Made by a program: the position numbers and the translations under genes
Part shown: positions 51,401-63,381 of the stretch, one piece after another
Position numbering within the stretch: position 1 is the first letter of the stretch
Layout of the letters: each line of letters starts with the position of its first letter
The notes under the pieces: model-generated
The model's database searches: none
What the model was told of the DNA's origin: nothing
What the model saw: only the letters and a program-made list of their open reading frames with translations
NCBI RefSeq assembly: GCF_009914755.1
Contig: NC_060932.1
Length of the DNA: 64,000 nt
Source of the DNA: the human T2T-CHM13v2.0 reference genome, Homo sapiens
Reading direction: 5' to 3' (one strand)

Positions 51401-54400
51401 ACATTCTTTTTATAGAATCTGGAAGTGGATATTTGGAAAGCTTTGAGGATTTCGTTGGAAACGGGAATATCTTCAAATCAAATCTAGCCAGAAGCATTCT
51501 AAGAAACATCTTAGGGATGTTTACATTCAAGTCACAGAGTTGAACATTCCCTTTCACAGAGCAGGTTTGAAACAATCTTCTCGTACTATCTGGCAGTGGA
51601 CATTTTGAGCTCCTTGGGGCCTATGCTGAAAAAGGAAATATCTTCCGACAAAAACTAGACAGAAGCATTCGCAGAATCACGTTTGTGATGTGTGCACTCA
51701 ACTGTCAGAATTGAACCTTGGTTTGGACAGAGCACTTTTGAAACACTCTTTTTGTAGAATCTGCAGGTGGATATTTGGCTAGCTTTGAGGATTTCGTTGG
51801 AAACGGTAATGTCTTCAAAGAAAATCTAGACAGAAGCATTCTCAGAAACACCTTCGTGATGTTTGCAATCAAGTCACAGAGTTGAACCTTCCGTTTCATA
51901 GAGCAGGTTGGAAACACTCTTTTTGTAGTATCTGGAAGTGGACATTTGGAGGGCTTTGTAGCCTATGTGGAAAAAGGAAATATCTTCCCATGAATGCGAG
52001 ATAGAAGTAATCTCAGAAACATGTTTATGCTGTATCTACTCAACTAACTGTGCTGAACATTTCTATTGATAGAGCAGTTTTGAGACACTCTTCTTTTGGA
52101 ATCTGCAAGTGGATATTTGGATAGATTTGAGGATTTCGTTGGAAACGGGATTATATATCAAAAGTAGACAGCAGCATTCTCAGAAACTTCTTTGTGATGT
52201 TTGCATCCAGCTCTCAGAGTTGAACATTCCCTTTCATAGAGTAGGTTTGAAACCCTCTTTTTATAGTGTCTGGAAGCGGGCATTTGGAGCGCTTTCAGGC
52301 CTATGCTGAAAAAGGAAATATCTACCTATAGAAACTAGACAGAAGCATTCTGAGAATCACGTTTGTGATGTGGGTACTCAACTAACAGTGTTGATCCATT
52401 CTTTTGATACAGCAGTTTTGAACCACACTTTTTGTAGAATCTGCAAGTGGATATTTGGATAGCTGTGAGGATTTCGTTGGAAACGGGAATGTCTTCATAG
52501 AAAATTTAGACAGAAGCATTCTCAGAACCTTGATTGTGATGTGTGTTCTCCACTAACAGAGTTGAACCTTTCTTTTGACAGAACTGTTCTGAAACATTCT
52601 TTTTATAGAATCTGGAAGTGGATATTTGGAAAGCTTTGAGGATTTCGTTGGAAACGGGAATATCTTCAAATAAAATCTAGCCAGAAGCATTCTAAGAAAC
52701 ATCTCAGGGATGTTTACATTCAAGTCACAGAGTTGAACATTCCCTTTCACAGAGCAGGTTTGAAACAATCTTCTCGTACTATCTGGCAGTGGACATTTTG
52801 AGCTCCTTGGGGCCTATGCTGAAAAAGGAAATATCTTCCGACAAAAACTAGACAGAAGCATTCGCAGAATCACGTTTGTGATGTGTGCACTCAACTGTCA
52901 GAATTGAACCTTGGTTTGGACAGAGCACTTTTGAAACACTCTTTTTGTAGAATCTGCAGGTGGATATTTGGCTAGCTTTGAGGATTTCGTTGGAAACGGT
53001 AATGTCTTCAAAGAAAATCTAGACAGAAGCATTCTCAGAAACACCTTCGTGATGTTTGCAATCAAGTCACAGAGTTGAACCTTCCGTTTCATAGAGCAGG
53101 TTGGAAACACTCTTTTTGTAGTATCTGGAAGTGGACATTGGGAGGGCTTTGTAGCCTTTCTGGAAAAAGGAAACATCTTCCCATGAATGCGAGATAGAAG
53201 TAATCTCAGAAACATGTTTATGCTGTATCTACTCAACTAACTGTGCTGAACATTTCTATTGATAGAGCAGTTTTGAGACACTCTTCTTTTGGAATCTGCA
53301 AGTGGATATTTGGATAGATTTGAGGATTTCGTTGGAAACGGGATTATATATAAAAAGTAGACAGCAGCATTCTCAGAAACTTCTTTGTGATGTTTGCATC
53401 CAGCTCTCAGAGTTGAACATTCCCTTTCATAGAGTAGGTTTGAAACCCTCTTTTTATAGTGTCTGGAAGCGGGCATTTGGAGCGCTTTCAGGCCTATGCT
53501 GAAAAAGGAAATATCTACCTATAGAAACTAGACAGAAGCATTCTGAGAATCACGTTTGTGATGTGGGTACTCAACTAACAGTGTTGATCCATTCTTTTGA
53601 TACAGCAGTTTTGAACCACACTTTTTGTAGAATCTGCAAGTGGATATTTGGATAGCTGTGAGGATTTCGTTGGAAACGGGAATGTCTTCATAGAAAATTT
53701 AGACAGAAGCATTCTCAGAACCTTGATTGTGATGTGTGTTCTCCACTAACAGAGTTGAACCTTTCTTTTGACAGAACTGTTCTGAAACATTCTTTTTATA
53801 GAATCTGGAAGTGGATATTTGGAAAGCTTTGAGGATTTCGTTGGAAACGGGAATATCTTCAAATAAAATCTAGCCAGAAGCATTCTAAGAAACATCTTAG
53901 GGATGTTTACATTCAAGTCACAGAGTTGAACATTCCCTTTCACAGAGCAGGTTTGAAACAATCTTCTCGTACTATCTGGCAGTGGACATTTTGAGCTCCT
54001 TGGGGCCTATGCTGAAAAAGGAAATATCTTCCGACAAAAACTAGACAGAAGCATTCGCAGAATCACGTTTGTGATGTGTGCACTCAACTCTCAGAATTGA
54101 ACCTTGGTTTGGACAGAGCACTTTTGAAACACTCTTTTTGTAGAATCTGCAGGTGGATATTTGGCTAGCTTTGAGGATTTCGTTGGAAACGGTAATGTCT
54201 TCAAAGAAAATCTACACAGAAGCATTCTCAGAAACACCTTCGTGATGTTTGCAATCAAGTCACAGAGTTGAACCTTCCGTTTCATAGAGCAGGTTGGAAA
54301 CACTCTTTTTGTAGTATCTGGAAGTGGACATTTGGAGGGCTTTGTAGCCTATCTGGAAAAAGGAAATATGTTCCCATGAATGCGAGATAGAAGTAATCTC

Positions 54401-55586
54401 AGAAACATGTTTATGCTGTATCTACTCAACTAACTGTGCTGAACATTTCTATTGATAGAGCAGTTTTGAGACACTCTTCTTTTGGAATCTGCAAGTGGAT
54501 ATTTGGATAGATTTGAGGATTTCGTTGGAAACGGGATTATATATAAAAAGTAGACAGCAGCATTCTCAGAAACTTCTTTGTGATGTTTGCATCCAGCTCT
54601 CAGAGTTGAACATTCCCTTTCATAGAGTAGGTTTGAAACCCTCTTTTTATAGTGTCTGGAAGCGGGCATTTGGAGCGCTTTCAGGCCTATGCTGAAAAAG
54701 GAAATATCTACCTATAGAAACTAGACAGAAGCATTCTGAGAATCACGTTTGTGATGTGGGTACTCAACTAACAGTGTTGATCCATTCTTTTGATACAGCA
54801 GTTTTGAACCACACTTTTTGTAGAATCTGCAAGTGGATATTTGGATAGCTGTGAGGATTTCGTTGGAAACGGGAATGTCTTCATAGAAAATTTAGACAGA
54901 AGCATTCTCAGAACCTTGATTGTGATGTGTGTTCTCCACTAACAGAGTTGAACCTTTCTTTTGACAGAACTGTTCTGAAACATTCTTTTTATAGAATCTG
55001 GAAGTGGATATTTGGAAAGCTTTGAGGATTTCGTTGGAAACGGGAATATCTTCAAATCAAATCTAGCCAGAAGCATTCTAAGAAACATCTTAGGGATGTT
55101 TACATTCAAGTCACAGAGTTGAACATTCCCTTTCACAGAGCAGGTTTGAAACAATCTTCTCGTACTATCTGGCAGTGGACATTTTGAGCTCCTTGGGGCC
55201 TATGCTGAAAAAGGAAATATCTTCCGACAAAAACTAGACAGAAGCATTCGCAGAATCACGTTTGTGATGTGTGCACTCAACTGTCAGAATTGAACCTTGG
55301 TTTGGACAGAGCACTTTTGAAACACTCTTTTTGTAGAATCTGCAGGTGGATATTTGGCTAGCTTTGAGGATTTCGTTGGAAACGGTAATGTCTTCAAAGA
55401 AAATCTAGACAGAAGCATTCTCAGAAACACCTTCGTGATGTTTGCAATCAAGTCACAGAGTTGAACCTTCCGTTTCATAGAGCAGGTTGGAAACACTCTT
55501 TTTGTAGTATCTGGAAGTGGACATTTGGAGGGCTTTGTAGCCTATGTGGAAAAAGGAAATATCTTCCCATGAATGCGAGATAGAAG
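48429..55586 (+). repeat. Run of six tandem 7-mers (1193 bp each)
   Basis: C starts recur every 1193 bp, and monomers J, K and A are absent. Confidence 0.95.
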
Positions 55587-58500
55587 TAATCTCAGAAACA
55601 TGTTTATGCTGTATCTACTCAACTAACTGTGCTGAACATTTCTATTGATAGAGCAGTTTTGAGACACTCTTCTTTTGGAATCTGCAAGTGGATATTTGGA
55701 TAGATTTGAGGATTTCGTTGGAAACGGGATTATATATCAAAAGTAGACAGCAGCATTCTCAGAAACTTCTTTGTGATGTTTGCATCCAGCTCTCAGAGTT
55801 GAACATTCCCTTTCATAGAGTAGGTTTGAAACCCTCTTTTTATAGTGTCTGGAAGCGGGCATTTGGAGCGCTTTCAGGCCTATGCTGAAAAAGGAAATAT
55901 CTACCTATAGAAACTAGACAGAAGCATTCTGAGAATCACGTTTGTGATGTGGGTACTCAACTAACAGTGTTGATCCATTCTTTTGATACAGCAGTTTTGA
56001 ACCACACTTTTTGTAGAATCTGCAAGTGGATATTTGGATAGCTGTGAGGATTTCGTTGGAAACGGGAATGTCTTCATAGAAAATTTAGACAGAAGCATTC
56101 TCAGAACCTTGATTGTGAAGTGTGTTCTCCACTAACAGAGTTGAACCTTTCTTTTGACAGAACTGTTCTGAAACATTCTTTTTATAGAATCTGGAAGTGG
56201 ATATTTGGAAAGCTTTGAGGATTTCGTTGGAAACGGGAATATCTTCAAATCAAATCTAGCCAGAAGCATTCTAAGAAACATCTTAGGGATGTTTACAATC
56301 AAGTCACAGAGTTGAACATTCCCTTTCACAGAGCAGGTTTGAAACAATCTTCTCGTACTATCTGGCAGTGGACATTTTGAGCTCCTTGGGGCCTATGCTG
56401 AAAAAGGAAATATCTTCCGACAAAAACTAGACAGAAGCATTCGCAGAATCACGTTTGTGATGTGTGCACTCAACTGTCAGAATTGAACCTTGGTTTGGAC
56501 AGAGCACTTTTGAAACACTCTTTTTGTAGAATCTGCAGGTGGATATTTGGCTAGCTTTGAGGATTTCGTTGGAAACGGTAATGTCTTCAAAGAAAATCTA
56601 GACAGAAGCATTCTCAGAAACACCTTCGTGATGTTTGCAATCAAGTCACAGAGTTGAACCTTCCGTTTCATAGAGCAGGTTGGAAACACTCTTTTTGTAG
56701 TATCTGGAAGTGGACATTTGGAGCGCTTTCAGGCCTATGGTGAAAAAGGAAATATCTTCCCATAAAAACGACATAGAAGCTATCTCAGGAACTTGTTTAT
56801 GATGCATCTAATCAACTAACAGTGTTGAACCTTTGTACTGACAGAGCAGTTTGAAACACTCTTTTTTTGGAATCTGCAAGTGGATATTTGGATCGCTTTG
56901 AGGATTTCGTTGGAAACGGGATGCAATATAAAACGTACACAGCAGCATACTCAGAAAATACTTTGCCATATTTCCATTCAAGTCACAGAGTGGAACATTC
57001 CCATTCATAGAGCAGGTTTGAAACACTCTTTTTGGAGTATCTGGAAGTGGACATTTGGAGCGCTTTCTGAACTATGGTGAAAAAGGAAATATCTTCCAAT
57101 GAAAACAAGACAGAAGCATTCTGAGAAACTTATTTGTGATGTGTGTCCTCAACAAACGGACTTGAACCTTTCGTTTCATGCAGTACTTCTGGAACACTCT
57201 TTTTGAAGATTCTGCATGCGGATATTTGGATAGCTTTGAGGATTTCGTTGGAAACGGGCTTACATGTAAAAATTAGACAGCAGCATTCTCAGAAACTTCT
57301 TTGTGGTGTCTGCATTCAAGTCACAGAATTGAACATCCCCTCACATAGAGCAGTTGTGCAGCACTCTATTTGTAGTATCTGGAAGTGGACATTTGGAGGG
57401 CTTTGTAGCCTATCTGGAAAAAGGAAATATCTTCCCATGAATGCGAGATAGAAGTAATCTCAGAAACATGTTTATGCTGTATCTACTCAACTAACTGTGC
57501 TGAACATTTCTATTGATAGAGCAGTTTTGAGACACTCTTCTTTTGGAATCTGCAAGTGGATATTTGGATAGATTTGAGGATTTCGTTGGAAACGGGATTA
57601 TATATAAAAAGTAGACAGCAGCATTCTCAGAAACTTCTTTGTGATGTTTGCATCCAGCTCTCAGAGTTGAACATTCCCTTTCATAGAGTAGGTTTGAAAC
57701 CCTCTTTTTATAGTGTCTGGAAGCGGGCATTTGGAGCGCTTTCAGGCCTATGCTGAAAAAGGAAATATCTACCTATAGAAACTAGACAGAAGCATTCTGA
57801 GAATCACGTTTGTGATGTGGGTACTCAACTAACAGTGTTGATCCATTCTTTTGATACAGCAGTTTTGAACCACACTTTTTGTAGAATCTGCAAGTGGATA
57901 TTTGGATAGCTGTGAGGATTTCGTTGGAAACGGGAATGTCTTCATAGAAAATTTAGACAGAAGCATTCTCAGAACCTTGATTGTGATGTGTGTTCTCCAC
58001 TAACAGAGTTGAACCTTTCTTTTGACAGAACTGTTCTGAAACATTCTTTTTATAGAATCTGGAAGTGGATATTTGGAAAGCTTTGAGGATTTCGTTGGAA
58101 ACGGGAATATCTTCAAATAAAATCTAGCCAGAAGCATTCTAAGAAACATCTTAGGGATGTTTACATTCAAGTCACAGAGTTGAACATTCCCTTTCACAGA
58201 GCAGGTTTGAAACAATCTTCTCGTACTATCTGGCAGTGGACATTTTGAGCTCCTTGGGGCCTATGCTGAAAAAGGAAATATCTTCCGACAAAAACTAGAC
58301 AGAAGCATTCGCAGAATCACGTTTGTGATGTGTGCACTCAACTGTCAGAATTGAACCTTGGTTTGGACAGAGCACTTTTGAAACACTCTTTTTGTAGAAT
58401 CTGCAGGTGGATATTTGGCTAGCTTTGAGGATTTCGTTGGAAACGGTAATGTCTTCAAAGAAAATGTAGACAGAAGCATTCTCAGAAATACCTTCGTGAT

Positions 58501-61500
58501 GTTTGCAATCAAGTCACAGAGTTGAACCTTCCGTTTCATAGAGCAGGTTGGAAACACTCTTTTTGTAGTATCTGGAAGTGGACATTTGGAGCGCTTTCAG
58601 GCCTATGGTGAAAAAGGAAATATCTTCCCATAAAAACGACATAGAAGCTATCTCAGGAACTTGTTTATGATGCATCTAATCAACTAACAGTGTTGAACCT
58701 TTGTACTGACAGAGCAGTTTGAAACACTCTTTTTTTGGAATCTGCAAGTGGATATTTGGATCGCTTTGAGGATTTCGTTGGAAACGGGATGCAATATAAA
58801 ACGTACACAGCAGCATACTCAGAAAATACTTTGCCATATTTCCATTCAAGTCACAGAGTGGAACATTCCCATTCATAGATCAGGTTTGAAACACTCTTTT
58901 TGGAGTATCTGGAAGTGGACATTTGGAGCGCTTTCTGAACTATGGTGAAAAAGGAAATATCTTCCAATGAAAACAAGACAGAAGCATTCTGAGAAACTTA
59001 TTTGTGATGTGTGTCCTCAACAAACGGACTTGAACCTTTCGTTTCATGCAGTACTTCTGGAACACTCTTTTTGAAGATTCTGCATGCGGATATTTGGATA
59101 GCTTTGAGGATTTCGTTGGAAACGGGCTTACATGTAAAAATTAGACAGCAGCATTCTCAGAAACTTCTTTGTGGTGTCTGCATTCAAGTCACAGAATTGA
59201 ACATCCCCTCACATAGAGCAGTTGTGCAGCACTCTATTTGTAGTATCTGGAAGTGGACATTTGGAGGGCTTTGTAGCCTATCTGGAAAAAGGAAATATCT
59301 TCCCATGAATGCGAGATAGAAGTAATCTCAGAAAGATGTTTATGCTGTATCTACTCAACTAACTGTGCTGAACATTTCTATTGATAGAGCAGTTTTGAGA
59401 CACTCTTCTTTTGGAATCTGCAAGTGGATATTTGGATAGATTTGAGGATTTCGTTGGAAACGGGATTATATATAAAAAGTAGACAGCAGCATTCTCAGAA
59501 ACTTCTTTGTGATGTTTGCATCCAGCTCTCAGAGTTGAACATTCCCTTTCATAGAGTAGGTTTGAAACCCTCTTTTTATAGTGTCTGGAAGCGGGCATTT
59601 GGAGCGCTTTCAGGCCTATGCTGAAAAAGGAAATATCTACCTATAGAAACTAGACAGAAGCATTCTGAGAATCACGTTTGTGATGTGGGTACTCAACTAA
59701 CAGTGTTGATCCATTCTTTTGATACAGCAGTTTTGAACCACACTTTTTGTAGAATCTGCAAGTGGATATTTGGATAGCTGTGAGGATTTCGTTGGAAACG
59801 GGAATGTCTTCATAGAAAATTTAGACGGAAGCATTCTCAGAACCTTGATTGTGATGTGTGTTCTCCACTAACAGAGTTGAACCTTTCTTTTGACAGAACT
59901 GTTCTGAAACATTCTTTTTATAGAATCTGGAAGTGGATATTTGGAAAGCTTTGAGGATTTCGTTGGAAACGGGAATATCTTCAAATAAAATCTAGCCAGA
60001 AGCATTCTAAGAAACATCTTAGGGATGTTTACATTCAAGTCACAGAGTTGAACATTCCCTTTCACAGAGCAGGTTTGAAACAATCTTCTCGTACTATCTG
60101 GCAGTGGACATTTTGAGCTCCTTGGGGCCTATGCTGAAAAAGGAAATATCTTCCGACAAAAACTAGACAGAAGCATTCGCAGAATCACGTTTGTGATGTG
60201 TGCACTCAACTGTCAGAATTGAACCTTGGTTTGGACAGAGCACTTTTGAAACACTCTTTTTGTAGAATCTGCAGGTGGATATTTGGCTAGCTTTGAGGAT
60301 TTCGTTGGAAACGGTAATGTCTTCAAAGAAAATCTAGACAGAAGCATTCTCAGAAACACCTTCGTGATGTTTGCAATCAAGTCACAGAGTTGAACCTTCC
60401 GTTTCATAGAGCAGGTTGGAAACACTCTTTTTGTAGTATCTGGAAGTGGACATTTGGAGGGCTTTGTAGCCTATCTGGAAAAAGGAAATATCTTCCCATG
60501 AATGCGAGATAGAAGTAATCTCAGAAACATGTTTATGCTGTATCTACTCAACTAACTGTGCTGAACATTTCTATTGATAGAGCAGTTTTGAGACACTCTT
60601 CTTTTGGAATCTGCAAGTGGATATTTGGATAGATTTGAGGATTTCGTTGGAAACGGGATTATATATAAAAAGTAGACAGCAGCATTCTCAGAAACTTCTT
60701 TGTGATGTTTGCATCCAGCTCTCAGAGTTGAACATTCCCTTTCATAGAGTAGGTTTGAAACCCTCTTTTTATAGTGTCTGGAAGCGGGCATTTGGAGCGC
60801 TTTCAGGCCTATGCTGAAAAAGGAAATATCTACCTATAGAAACTAGACAGAAGCATTCTGAGAATCACGTTTGTGATGTGGGTACTCAACTAACAGTGTT
60901 GATCCATTCTTTTGATACAGCAGTTTTGAACCACACTTTTTGTAGAATCTGCAAGTGGATATTTGGATAGCTGTGAAGATTTCGTTGGAAACGGGAATGT
61001 CTTCATAGAAAATTTAGACAGAAGCATTCTCAGAACCTTGATTGTGATGTGTGTTCTCCACTAACAGAGTTGAACCTTTCTTTTGACAGAACTGTTCTGA
61101 AACATTCTTTTTATAGAATCTGGAAGTGGATATTTGGAAAGCTTTGAGGATTTCGTTGGAAACGGGAATATCTTCAAATCAAATCTAGCCAGAAGCATTC
61201 TAAGAAACAACTTAGGGATGTTTACATTCAAGTCACAGAGTTGAACATTCCCTTTCACAGAGCAGGTTTGAAACAATCTTCTCGTACTATCTGGAAGTGG
61301 ACATTTTGAGCTCCTTGGGGCCTATGCTGAAAAAGGAAATATCTTCCGACAAAAACTAGACAGAAGCATTCGCAGAATCACGTTTGTGATGTGTGCACTC
61401 AACTGTCAGAATTGAACCTTGGTTTGGACAGAGCACTTTTGAAACACTCTTTTTGTAGAATCTGCAGGTGGATATTTGGCTAGCTTTGAGGATTTCGTTG

Positions 61501-63364
61501 GAAACGGTAATGTCTTCAAAGAAAATGTAGACAGAAGCATTCTCAGAAACACCTTCGTGATGTTTGCAATCAAGTCACAGAGTTGAACCTTCCGTTTCAT
61601 AGAGCAGGTTGGAAACACTCTTTTTGTAGTATCTGGAAGTGGACATTTGGAGGGCTTTGTAGCCTATCTGGAAAAAGGAAATATCTTCCCATGAATGCGA
61701 GATAGAAGTAATCTCAGAAACATGTTTATGCTGTATCTACTCAACTAACTGTGCTGAACATTTCTATTGATAGAGCAGTTTTGAGACACTCTTCTTTTGG
61801 AATCTGCAAGTGGATATTTGGATAGATTTGAGGATTTCGTTGGAAACGGGATTATATATAAAAAGTAGACAGCAGCATTCTCAGAAACTTCTTTGTGATG
61901 TTTGCATCCAGCTCTCAGAGTTGAACATTCCCTTTCATAGAGTAGGTTTGAAACCCTCTTTTTATAGTGTCTGGAAGCGGGCATTTGGAGCGCTTTCAGG
62001 CCTATGCTGAAAAAGGAAATATCTACCTATAGAAACTAGACAGAAGCATTCTGAGAATCACGTTTGTGATGTGGGTACTCAACTAACAGTGTTGATCCAT
62101 TCTTTTGATACAGCAGTTTTGAACCACACTTTTTGTAGAATCTGCAAGTGGATATTTGGATAGCTGTGAAGATTTCGTTGGAAACGGGAATGTCTTCATA
62201 GAAAATTTAGACAGAAGCATTCTCAGAACCTTGATTGTGATGTGTGTTCTCCACTAACAGAGTTGAACCTTTCTTTTGACAGAACTGTTCTGAAACATTC
62301 TTTTTATAGAATCTGGAAGTGGATATTTGGAAAGCTTTGAGGATTTCGTTGGAAACGGGAATATCTTCAAATCAAATCTAGCCAGAAGCATTCTAAGAAA
62401 CAACTTAGGGATGTTTACATTCAAGTCACAGAGTTGAACATTCCCTTTCACAGAGCAGGTTTGAAACAATCTTCTCGTACTATCTGGAAGTGGACATTTT
62501 GAGCTCCTTGGGGCCTATGCTGAAAAAGGAAATATCTTCCGACAAAAACTAGACAGAAGCATTCGCAGAATCACGTTTGTGATGTGTGCACTCAACTGTC
62601 AGAATTGAACCTTGGTTTGGACAGAGCACTTTTGAAACACTCTTTTTGTAGAATCTGCAGGTGGATATTTGGCTAGCTTTGAGGATTTCGTTGGAAACGG
62701 TAATGTCTTCAAAGAAAATCTAGACAGAAGCATTCTCAGAAACACCTTCGTGATGTTTGCAATCAAGTCACAGAGTTGAACCTTCCGTTTCATAGAGCAG
62801 GTTGGAAACACTCTTTTTGTAGTATCTGGAAGTGGACATTTGGAGCGCTTTCAGGCCTATGGTGAAAAAGGAAATATCTTCCCATAAAAACGACATAGAA
62901 GCTATCTCAGGAACTTGTTTATGATGCATCTAATCAACTAACAGTGTTGAACCTTTGTACTGACAGAGCAGTTTGAAACACTCTTTTTTTGGAATCTGCA
63001 AGTGGATATTTGGATCGCTTTGAGGATTTCGTTGGAAACGGGATGCAATATAAAACGTACACAGCAGCATACTCAGAAAATACTTTGCCATATTTCCATT
63101 CAAGTCACAGAGTGGAACATTCCCATTCATAGAGCAGGTTTGAAACACTCTTTTTGGAGTATCTGGAAGTGGACATTTGGAGCGCTTTCTGAACTATGGT
63201 GAAAAAGGAAATATCTTCCAATGAAAACAAGACAGAAGCATTCTGAGAAACTTATTTGTGATGTGTGTCCTCAACAAACGGACTTGAACCTTTCGTTTCA
63301 TGCAGTACTTCTGGAACACTCTTTTTGAAGATTCTGCATGCGGATATTTGGATAGCTTTGAGGA

Positions 63365-63381
63365 TTTTGTTGGAAACGGGC
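63365..63381 (+). promoter_or_regulatory. Singleton mutated CENP-B box (TTCG>TTTG)
   Basis: TTTTGTTGGAAACGGGC, C>T at 63368 in a CpG. Confidence 0.88.
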
